Shown in pieces: positions 20,781-29,174 of a DNA stretch of 64,000 nucleotides. A model generated the notes under the pieces. The model had not been told where the DNA came from. It was given only the letters and a program-made list of their open reading frames with translations, and searched no databases. The DNA is from Bacilli bacterium (GTDB taxonomy: Bacteria; Bacillota_I; Bacilli_A; ML615J-28; CAG-313): assembly GCA_017501465.1 (NCBI GenBank), contig JAFVWY010000018.1, forward strand, positions 146,748 to 210,747, given 5' to 3'. Numbering within the stretch: position 1 is the first letter of the stretch; each line of letters opens with the position of its first letter. Made by a program: the position numbers and the translations under genes.

Positions 20781-22044
20781 TGAAAATTTAACAGATTGGG
20801 GAATTGAAAGAACTTCTAAGCAAAAAACAATTGTAATGAAAAACAGATCCATTGATTTTGATGTTTATAAAATCCCAATTGATTTATTATTATATAATTT
20901 AAATAATGGACGAATGTTCATGGAAGTTAGAAAAAAAGAAAATGAGGATAATATCGATTTATCAGAAATGAAAAAAATTGATCCTGCTAATTATAATAAC
21001 GAAATCGAGTCATTAATTTGGGAAACTTCAGAAGAAAGAAATGAATATACAAAAAAAGATATTCAAAAGTTCGGACAAATTGAACCAGGAGTAATTCTTG
21101 ATGATGGTACAGTTATCGATGGTAATAGACGTTTTACATGTTTAAGAAAATTACATAGAGAGTATCCAAATGATGAAAAGTTTTCTTATTTTCAGGCTGC
21201 TATAATAAGAGTTGATGGACAACAAATTACTAATAAGTTATTAAAGGAATATGAATTAAGAGTACAATTTGGTAATGATGAAAAAGTAGACTATAAACCA
21301 ATAAATAAGTTCATGAGCATATATGAGTTAATTGAAAAGAATAATGAAGATTTTGATTACACAACAGTAGGTGAGCTAATTAATAAGAAACCTGGTGAAA
21401 TTAATAAAATTTGTAAAACATGTAAGTTAGTTGATGAGTTTTTAGATTATATTGAAAAGCCTAGAGAATATCAAATCGCGGAAGAATATAACATTTATTG
21501 GCCTTTAGAACCACTAGTAACTTATTTTGATAATGATGGAAAGAATTTAACCCCAGTAGAACAACAAAAAAGAAAGTGTTTATATTTTGATTATTTACTA
21601 ACTTTAGATGTTGCTTTAATGACTCAAAATTTACGTGATAGTTTAATTAAGAAGGTATTTAAAAATAAAGTTGAAACTGAAAAACTTATAGATAAACATA
21701 ACCAAATTATTGGAGGTTTGATTTCAAATATAATAAATACTTCAACTAGTTCTGATGAATTCAATGAACAAATTAATTCATTACGTCATTCTGATGAAGC
21801 TGAAGAAGATAAAAAGGTTTATCAAGATACAGTTGGTAAATTAAATGATATTTCTCAACTAGATATGCCTATTAAAATTTGCAATAAAATTAATGATTTA
21901 ATTGATGACTTAAATATTCAACCTTTGATTTCTGCTAATAACGCTATAGCAGATAGTAAGCTTAAAGATATTCAACAACAATTAAAAGAAGCTTTAAATA
22001 AAATTGAAGTAAAATTAGTGGATATAGAAAAACATGAAAAATAA
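20755..22044 (+). CDS. ParB/Srx-like domain protein
   Basis: YKIPIDLLLYNLNNGR and GQIEPGVILDDGTVIDGNRRFTCL; C-terminal coiled coil; AAGGAG RBS. Confidence 0.75.
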   Translation: MRVLDLTINENLTDWGIERTSKQKTIVMKNRSIDFDVYKIPIDLLLYNLNNGRMFMEVRKKENEDNIDLSEMKKIDPANYNNEIESLIWETSEERNEYTKKDIQKFGQIEPGVILDDGTVIDGNRRFTCLRKLHREYPNDEKFSYFQAAIIRVDGQQITNKLLKEYELRVQFGNDEKVDYKPINKFMSIYELIEKNNEDFDYTTVGELINKKPGEINKICKTCKLVDEFLDYIEKPREYQIAEEYNIYWPLEPLVTYFDNDGKNLTPVEQQKRKCLYFDYLLTLDVALMTQNLRDSLIKKVFKNKVETEKLIDKHNQIIGGLISNIINTSTSSDEFNEQINSLRHSDEAEEDKKVYQDTVGKLNDISQLDMPIKICNKINDLIDDLNIQPLISANNAIADSKLKDIQQQLKEALNKIEVKLVDIEKHEK

Positions 22045-24550
22045 TTTATCAAAATATTTATTTGATACGTCATATTCAGATAAGAGTAAAGTACAACAAT
22101 TTTATAGTAATATATTAAAAGTTGCAAAAGTATATAAAAGAGTTTCTGCCTATTTTTCAACAGGAGTTTTCAATTATCTATCTAAAGGAATTGATGAGTT
22201 TATTAACAATGATGGATATATGCAATTAATTTTGTCCCCTGAGATAGATAGTGAAGTAGTTGATGAAATCAATAAAGGATATAACCTTAAAAGATTTAAT
22301 TTTATGCAATTTAATAAATTGTCAGGTACTGTCGAAAGCATATGTAAGCAAGAAAATATTTCTTTATTTGCGTACCTTATTGCAGTAGGTAAACTAGATA
22401 TTAAAATTGTCTTAAAAAAACAAGGTATTTTACATCATAAATTTGGTTGTGTTACAGATGGTGTTAATAATTTACTTTTTGTTGGTTCCAATAACACTAC
22501 TGTAAATGCAATGAAAAATAATGATGAGTCTTTTCAAGTTACGATAGATTGGGATTCACCTAGCAAAAGAGAATTGAAATCAATTGATGAGTTTAATAGA
22601 CTTTTTGATGATTATTGGAATAATAGTTTTGATGATTCCATAACTTTTGATTTACCTGATGAATATATTACACAGCTTATAAATGAAATTAATTATGATG
22701 AGGTTAAGAAAAAATTAAAAAAGAATACTGATTTTATAAGATTTGACTTAAATGAGAATTATAATATTGAGATAACTTCAAATATTAACTTAAAGGAAAT
22801 ATATTCGAATAGTAATTTATCTTTTTATAAAACTTTTGTAAGTTGTATTGATGAAAATAAAATACAATTTAGTGGTTTAAATAATTCTCAAGATATTTTT
22901 GAATTGTCAGAATATCTAAAAAGTATTGCTAATAAAATGGATATTAGTTTTTATTATACTCATAAGGCAAAAATATTTTTTGAATCAAGAATAAGAGACT
23001 ATGAATTAATGGCTGAAAAGGGAAATGAGATAAAATCATCTGATTATTTAAGTTCGGATTCATTCAAGTTTATAAAAAATCAAATCAACAGTATAGTTAA
23101 GCGTCCATTAGTTGATCAACAGATTGTCACTTGTACACATATTATTGAATTGGAGCGTTCTTTAAATTTTTCAGTTCCGGGGAGTGGCAAAACTGCAACA
23201 ATTTTAGGTGCTTTTGAATACTTGAATGGTTTACCTTATGTAGATAAAAGATATGTAAATAAGTTAATTGTTTTTGGGCCTATTAATTGTATAAAGTCTT
23301 GGAAAGATGAATATAGTTTTGTCTCATATAAATCTGATGAACATGCTCCACTAGATATTACTAGTTGTGATAGTAGAAATGATAAATTGGATGTTTTACG
23401 TCATGATTTTAAAACATCTAGAATAATTTTGATTAATTATGAAATGATACCTTTTTTAGAACCAATTTTAAAAGAATTGATTAATAATAAATCTTTTGTT
23501 GTATTTGATGAGATACATAGAATTAAAAATATTAAAAGCCCTAAATATGCAAGTTTAAATAATATAATTAAGGATGTGAGATATAGAGTTGCTTTAACAG
23601 GAACACCACTTCCTAATGGCTATATTGATTTATATAATATCATTTCTTTACTTCATGATGATTATACTGAAAAATATTTTGGGATGTACAAAAGTAGTTT
23701 GTCAAAGTATGATAGTGATTTTAAGAAGGTAGGAATTCAAAATAGTGATTTAAATAAAATGTTATATCCATTTTACATAAGAGTCACAAAGAAAGATTTA
23801 AATGTGCCTAATCCTGAACCTGATCATTTGGTATATATTTATGGTAATAAGAATGAGATTGAATTATTTGACAAGATTAAAAAGACTAATTCAAGCTCAT
23901 TTGACAGAATTATAAAACAAGTGCAAATTGGATGTATCCCTCATAAAATAGATGATAGTTTAAGCCCTAATCTTGATATTAATCAGGATAACTATCATGA
24001 ATATATGACTAGTAAATTATATGCTTTTATAAGAAACATATTAAACAATAAAAGAAAAAGTGTTGTGTGGTGTATATATGTTGAAACTATTAAAATTGTA
24101 TCAAAAATTTTGGAATATAATGGCTTTAAAGTTAAAGTGATATATGGTGAAACCCCACAAATAGAAAGAGATAAGATTATAAATCAATTTAATTATAGTG
24201 ATAATGTTGATATAATAGTGACAAATCCAGCAACACTAGCGGAGTCTGTTTCATTACATAAGAGTTGCCATGATGCTCATTATTTGGAACTAGATTATAA
24301 TCTATATCAATATTTGCAATCTAGAGATAGAATACATAGACTTGGTTTGAAGCCAGAGGATAAAACAAATTATTATATTTATGTTAATATTTATGGAGAA
24401 CGTAATACAAATTCTATTGATTTAAAAATATATGAAGCATTAAATAAGAAAAGAGATAGGATGATATCGTCTATTGAAAAAGGTGAATTTGTATTTGATA
24501 TTGATAAAGAGTTAGATTACAAGTTATTAGATTATGAGGTGAATGACTAA
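22034..24550 (+). CDS. PLD-family nuclease fused to SNF2-like SF2 helicase
   Basis: SAYFS, HHKFGCVTD and GSNN (HKD-type PLD); NFSVPGSGKT, DEIH, LTGTP and QSRDRIHRLG helicase motifs. Confidence 0.85.
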   Translation: MKNNLSKYLFDTSYSDKSKVQQFYSNILKVAKVYKRVSAYFSTGVFNYLSKGIDEFINNDGYMQLILSPEIDSEVVDEINKGYNLKRFNFMQFNKLSGTVESICKQENISLFAYLIAVGKLDIKIVLKKQGILHHKFGCVTDGVNNLLFVGSNNTTVNAMKNNDESFQVTIDWDSPSKRELKSIDEFNRLFDDYWNNSFDDSITFDLPDEYITQLINEINYDEVKKKLKKNTDFIRFDLNENYNIEITSNINLKEIYSNSNLSFYKTFVSCIDENKIQFSGLNNSQDIFELSEYLKSIANKMDISFYYTHKAKIFFESRIRDYELMAEKGNEIKSSDYLSSDSFKFIKNQINSIVKRPLVDQQIVTCTHIIELERSLNFSVPGSGKTATILGAFEYLNGLPYVDKRYVNKLIVFGPINCIKSWKDEYSFVSYKSDEHAPLDITSCDSRNDKLDVLRHDFKTSRIILINYEMIPFLEPILKELINNKSFVVFDEIHRIKNIKSPKYASLNNIIKDVRYRVALTGTPLPNGYIDLYNIISLLHDDYTEKYFGMYKSSLSKYDSDFKKVGIQNSDLNKMLYPFYIRVTKKDLNVPNPEPDHLVYIYGNKNEIELFDKIKKTNSSSFDRIIKQVQIGCIPHKIDDSLSPNLDINQDNYHEYMTSKLYAFIRNILNNKRKSVVWCIYVETIKIVSKILEYNGFKVKVIYGETPQIERDKIINQFNYSDNVDIIVTNPATLAESVSLHKSCHDAHYLELDYNLYQYLQSRDRIHRLGLKPEDKTNYYIYVNIYGERNTNSIDLKIYEALNKKRDRMISSIEKGEFVFDIDKELDYKLLDYEVND

Positions 24551-25428
24551 TGAAACCTTTCTTAAAATGGGCTGGTGGTAAAAGACAATTAATACCATAT
24601 ATTAAAAAGTATATAAATAAGAAAAAGATTGGTAAACACAAATACTATGAACCTTTTTTAGGTGGAGGGTCTATTTTCTTTGATTTGGCTCATGAAAACA
24701 GTAGCATAAATGATTTAAATGAAGAAATTATAAACTGTTATAATGTTATTAAAGAAAATCCAGATGAGTTGATAGATCTACTAAAACTACATGCCGAAGC
24801 ACATTGTAAAGAGTATTATTATAAAATAAGAAGTTTAGATAGACAAGAAGATTATAAATTCATGGATAATATTACTAAAGCGGCAAGGACTATATATTTA
24901 AACAGAACTTGCTTCAATGGCTTATACAGAGTGAATAAAAATGGTTTTTTTAATACACCTATTGGTAGATATGTTAATCCTTTAATTTGTGACGAAGAAA
25001 ATATAAATGAAATTTCTTATTTTTTAAATAATAATGATGTAACTATTATGTCTAAAAGTTTCGAATTTGCAGTTGAAAAATGTGAAAAAGGTGATTGGAT
25101 ATATTTTGATCCACCATACGATTATGAAAATAGCGGTTTTGTCGGATATGTTAAAGAAGGTTTTTCTCATGAAGATTTAGTTAAACTTAAAGAAGTGTGT
25201 GATGAACTAGTAAAAAAGGGTTGTTATGTTCTTGTATCAAATAACGATACTGAATTTGTTCGACAAACATTTAATAGTAGTGATTATGAAATTATTTATT
25301 CTACTAAAACTATAAAAGCAAACAGAAATATTAATAGTAAAGCTAGTAAAAGAAAAAAAGTTGATGAGGTGTTAATATATGGACATAAGCGAAAAAAACA
25401 AAAAAATTCCATTTCCTCAAGCAAATGA
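24550..25428 (+). CDS. dam: Dam/DpnM-family m6A methyltransferase (probably GATC)
   Basis: KPFLKWAGGK, YYEPFLGGG, CFNGLYRVN, DPPY. Confidence 0.92.
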   Translation: MKPFLKWAGGKRQLIPYIKKYINKKKIGKHKYYEPFLGGGSIFFDLAHENSSINDLNEEIINCYNVIKENPDELIDLLKLHAEAHCKEYYYKIRSLDRQEDYKFMDNITKAARTIYLNRTCFNGLYRVNKNGFFNTPIGRYVNPLICDEENINEISYFLNNNDVTIMSKSFEFAVEKCEKGDWIYFDPPYDYENSGFVGYVKEGFSHEDLVKLKEVCDELVKKGCYVLVSNNDTEFVRQTFNSSDYEIIYSTKTIKANRNINSKASKRKKVDEVLIYGHKRKKQKNSISSSK

Positions 25429-25849
25429 TTTTGATAAGATAATTAAAATTGTTTTAATAGACAACCCAGATAATTTATCTAATAAATCAATATTAATGAA
25501 ATTGTTAGATCTAGGAACAGAAAGACAAGTATCATATTATATGAGCGCATGTGAGTTTTTAGATATTATAGATTCAAATGGTAATTTAAGTGATTTTGCC
25601 AAATTGATAAGAGAAAAATGTTTTGAAACACAAATATTAATGTTAGCTAACAAGATTATTTCAAAGCCTGTGTTTGGGGAAGTCTTTTTAATGAGATATT
25701 ATAATTGCATAGATTTCCAAACTGAGGAAATTTCGCAATTGATTAGTGATATCTATAATATTAAAAATTCTGATGTCTGTAATAGAAGAGCTAGCACTGT
25801 GAAAAGCTGGATTAAATGGATTGAAGAGCAAAAAGAAATATTTATTTAA
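25379..25849 (+). CDS. Small helical (putative winged-helix) protein of the FPQA(D/N) family
   Basis: IPFPQANDFDKI, RQVSYYMSACEFL, RRASTVKSWIKW; I recall this as the C-terminal domain of Dam-associated putative restriction enzymes; GAGGTG RBS lies inside dam. Confidence 0.6.
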   Translation: MDISEKNKKIPFPQANDFDKIIKIVLIDNPDNLSNKSILMKLLDLGTERQVSYYMSACEFLDIIDSNGNLSDFAKLIREKCFETQILMLANKIISKPVFGEVFLMRYYNCIDFQTEEISQLISDIYNIKNSDVCNRRASTVKSWIKWIEEQKEIFI

Positions 25850-25865
25850 TATAAAAATTACTATT

Positions 25866-25892
25866 AGGGTAGTCTACATGACTACCTTTTTA
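25866..25892 (+). terminator. Intrinsic terminator
   Basis: ggtagtc-tacat-gactacc followed by a T tract. Confidence 0.7.
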
Positions 25893-25916
25893 TAATTCAA
25901 AGAAAGAAATATAAAT

Positions 25917-26495
25917 ATGCTAACACATAAAGACATAGAAAAGATAAGAAAAATGTATTATGAACAACATTATACTGTAACTGAAATAACTAGAATATTG
26001 AAGGTATCTAGAAATGTTTGTTACAAGTATTTAAGGTTTGTTAACTTTAATGCTTATATTAAAGAGAATAAAAGAGCATATTACTTAGATCAATATAAAG
26101 AAGTATTGTTATCATTAATAAAAAAAAGATAGTTTACAACATCATAAACAAAGATATACTGGTATATGTGCATATGAATATTTAGTAGATAACTATCCCG
26201 ATTTTAAATATGCTAAAATTTCAACAATTAAATACTTTACAAAACTTAAAAAAAGAATTCTATTATGAACATAATGTATTTTACCATTAGATCATAAAGT
26301 AGGAGAAGCACAAGTAGATTTAGGAGAATGTTCTTTCATAGAAAAAGGTGAAAAAGTATATGGTAAATATTTAGTTATGACATTCACTCATTCTATTGTT
26401 TCTTATATATAGTTATTAAAGAATAAAAATGCTGAAAGTATTGTGTTAGCTATAAGACGTATTTTTGAATATTTAAATGGTATTCCACAAGAACT
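25917..26495 (+). mobile_element. istA: IS21-family transposase pseudogene (IstA relic)
   Basis: N-terminal HTH IRKMYYEQ..ITRILKVSRNVCYKYL; frameshifted LPLDHKVGEAQVDFG..YLVMTFTHS and IFEYLNGIPQE. Confidence 0.8.
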
Positions 26496-26770
26496 AATGG
26501 ATTGTTTTTCTATTGTTGCGTCTATGAAACGATATTCTCAACTCGAATTATTCAATTTAGTTATGAAGTTTGCTGACGCTATAAATGTTGAAATAACAAA
26601 GGATGCCACTTTGTGTTTGGTGAAATATGCTGATGGTTCATATCGTAATATGGAAAATATTATCAAAAGGGCAACAGACTTTGCATTAATAAGATATAAT
26701 AGTATCATAGATTCTAATATTGCTAATACTGTTATTAAAACACTTGATTTGTTTAGAATAGCAAGCATAA
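26490..26770 (+). pseudogene. RuvB-like AAA+ lid fragment
   Basis: LMDCFSIVASMKRYSQLEL..VEITKDA..ADGSYRNMENIIKRATDFA resembles RuvB LRDRFGI..LEFY..EL..I...A..RGTPR.A..LL.RVRDFA. Confidence 0.55.
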
Positions 26771-26802
26771 AAGATAATTTATACGATAGAAAGGATAATT
26801 TT

Positions 26803-27375
26803 ATGAAACAAAGAATTTTATTTTGTAATATTGCATATATGAGACATTATGATACAAATTACCCTGAGATACCAGAGAATGGTGGAAAATATGTACAGGA
26901 TGAAAAGGATGCTTTAGAAAAACATAATTTTGAAAAATGTTCTGATGGATATTATAGAGGTTTTGTCGAAACTAAACATTCTAAAGGATATAAATTAGGC
27001 ATTAAATTAAATGAGTATAAATCTCTAAGAATTGAAAATATTGATAATTCTTATGTTAAACAAATGTCCATTCCCAATGTATTGGTTGTATTTTGTGCAA
27101 AAAAGAAAGATGTGGGCACAGTGATAGTGGGTTGGTATAAAGGTGCTACTGTTTATAGAAGACGACCTGAGTATAATGGTAGAGCTTTTAATATAATGAC
27201 CAGAATAGAAGATGGTGTTTTATTAGAAGAAGAAGAGAGAACATTTCTCGTACCAAGAGTTACAAAAGAGGTTAAAATTGGATTTGGTCAATCTAATGTA
27301 TGGTATGCAAAAAAGCCAGAACATCAATTTTTAATTACTAAGGTAGTTGAATACGTTAATAATTATAAAAAATAA
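26803..27375 (+). CDS. Stand-alone domain usually found N-terminal to HNH nucleases
   Basis: AGAAAGGA RBS before MKQRILFCNIAYM; GGKYV, EKHNF, VIVGWYKGATVYR, GFGQSNVWY; no nuclease domain follows. Confidence 0.65.
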   Translation: MKQRILFCNIAYMRHYDTNYPEIPENGGKYVQDEKDALEKHNFEKCSDGYYRGFVETKHSKGYKLGIKLNEYKSLRIENIDNSYVKQMSIPNVLVVFCAKKKDVGTVIVGWYKGATVYRRRPEYNGRAFNIMTRIEDGVLLEEEERTFLVPRVTKEVKIGFGQSNVWYAKKPEHQFLITKVVEYVNNYKK

Positions 27376-27483
27376 AAAATGCTGATTTCCAGCATTTTTT
27401 ATTTTAAAATTTTATAATTGTAATGATACTTTAAGTGATAAGTATGATATAATACAATAAATAATGCTTTTATAGGAGAAAAA

Positions 27484-28512
27484 TTGAATATGAATACAGC
27501 ATACAATAATAAAATATTAAACATAATGATAAATCAAGCTAAAACTATAAAACATAAAAATATTTTAATGAACTGCAACTTAGAAATTAAATGGTATAGA
27601 ATGAATGGTAATTTTAATGAATGTATTGCGGTTTTATCTTGCATTGAAGATGATTATTATAAAGTAATTAATAATGATGAAAAAAAGAAATTAGAAGATT
27701 TACTTTGTAAGTCTATTCCAGAATCTGATTCAATTTGTATTATTGAATTTCTACTTAATATTATTGACGATAGTGTTGCCTTTGAAGTAAACCTAGATAC
27801 TGTGGAATTTGATATCTATAAAATAGAGAGATATATTAAATTTAAAAAGTTTCTAGAACTTGTAGAGTTATTCCCTTTATTAACATTGCGTTATAATGGT
27901 ATTATAAAGAAATGGAAAAATATTTTACCAGATTTTTTAAAGAATGTTAAAGGGGAATGGGATTACGAAAAAATACAACACCATTCATTAGAATTAATCA
28001 AAATATTAAAGGAGCATTGTTTATCATTTCAAACTCGTGAGCAAAATTTTACAGAAAGTAAACAGAAGAATAAACAAAATGATAAAGAAAAAGAGTATGA
28101 TGTTTTTATTTCTCATGCAAATCTAGATAAAGTTGATTATGTTAGCGATTTGAAAAAAAGCATCAGTAAATTAAATGTTAATGTTTTTTATGATGCAGAT
28201 GAAATTGAATGGGGAGATGAATGGGAAAAAAGAATATTAGACGGAATAGAAAAATCAAGATTTGCAATTTTAGTCTTATCAAAAAACTTTTTTGGCAGAA
28301 CTTGGACAGAAATAGAACTTTCTTCATTTTTAAGTAAACAAAACTCAAACAAACAAAAAATTATTCTACCACTTTTATATGGTGTAACACTAGATGAAGT
28401 ATTAATGAAATACCCATTTTTATCAAAAATTCACTTCATCGACAGCGAAAAGTACTCAATAGATGAAGTGACAATTCTATTTGCTCGCCAACTAATTAAA
28501 GATTTAAAATAG
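27484..28512 (+). CDS. TIR domain protein (TIR_2, TirS/TcpC-like C-terminal TIR)
   Basis: YDVFISHA, VFYD..EIEWGD, SRFAILVLSKNFF, WTEIEL with the catalytic Glu. Confidence 0.9.
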   Translation: MNMNTAYNNKILNIMINQAKTIKHKNILMNCNLEIKWYRMNGNFNECIAVLSCIEDDYYKVINNDEKKKLEDLLCKSIPESDSICIIEFLLNIIDDSVAFEVNLDTVEFDIYKIERYIKFKKFLELVELFPLLTLRYNGIIKKWKNILPDFLKNVKGEWDYEKIQHHSLELIKILKEHCLSFQTREQNFTESKQKNKQNDKEKEYDVFISHANLDKVDYVSDLKKSISKLNVNVFYDADEIEWGDEWEKRILDGIEKSRFAILVLSKNFFGRTWTEIELSSFLSKQNSNKQKIILPLLYGVTLDEVLMKYPFLSKIHFIDSEKYSIDEVTILFARQLIKDLK

Positions 28513-28610
28513 ATTCAACATTCCATTTCAATCTCCTTTATTTTTATTCCATATTATGTTATACTTATTATATCAAAGAAGTAAATAAAAGTTAACAAAC
28601 ATACAAACCA

Positions 28611-28740
28611 AGTGTCCAATTATCAAGGGGTAATTTGACACTTTTTTAATTTGAAGTTGACACTTGCGCAGGTGGAATTAGACAAATTTCAACTCTAGAA
28701 TTGGACACTTTTGCTACTTTTATAAAAATAGTGTCAAAAA
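28611..28740. repeat. Iteron-like TT(G/A)GACACT motif array with ~22 bp period
   Basis: GACA cores at 28637, 28659, 28681 and 28704; inverted copies at 28611 and 28730; further copies at 28889, 28970, 29034 (inverted) and 29060. Confidence 0.75.
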
Positions 28741-28982
28741 AACATTTAGAGACCATAGATGTAAAATAGCTTATAAGTAACCTATTTCTGGTTGCCTATA
28801 AGCTGTTTTTGTACAATAATTGCATAAAAGCTGCTATAAAAACACATTGAGATAATTGTTCGTTAGCATAGGGAGGTACTTAAAATTGGACAAATAACTA
28901 CGTAGCAGCGGGACGTCAGTGCTATTATAGTTTTGGGATATTAAAAGGGTAGATGAGGTCATAAATTTGGACACTATACCTA

Positions 28983-29058
28983 AAGAGCGGGGCGCCAGTC
29001 TCGTTTCCATGATAATCAAAACAATCAAAAATCAGTGTCCAAAAATTCAAGGTGAATT
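28983..29058 (+). repeat. ~75 bp imperfect direct repeat, copy 1
   Basis: aagagcggggc...aatcaaaacaatcaaaaatcagtgtccaaaaattcaaggtgaatt matches 44603..44677. Confidence 0.85.
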
Positions 29059-29174
29059 AGACACTTTTCCTTATAATAAATTGTAAAAAACAATAAGATA
29101 TGTTATAATTGCTGTATCTAATATTAAGAAAGGATAATTAGTTCTATAACATATAGTACTAATATTTTATTATT

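Noticed and set aside
18333-25849. Calling this operon DISARM, BREX or Dnd
   Set aside because: I see no DrmA/DrmB (DUF1998), PglZ/BrxC or DndC/DndD motifs; only generic PLD, SNF2 and methyltransferase domains are shared
28834-29028. 64 aa minus-strand ORF
   Set aside because: It lies within the repeat-rich non-coding element, with no RBS or motif
28611-29066. CRISPR array
   Set aside because: The repeats are 8-10 bp cores in both orientations without 30-40 bp spacers, and there are no cas genes
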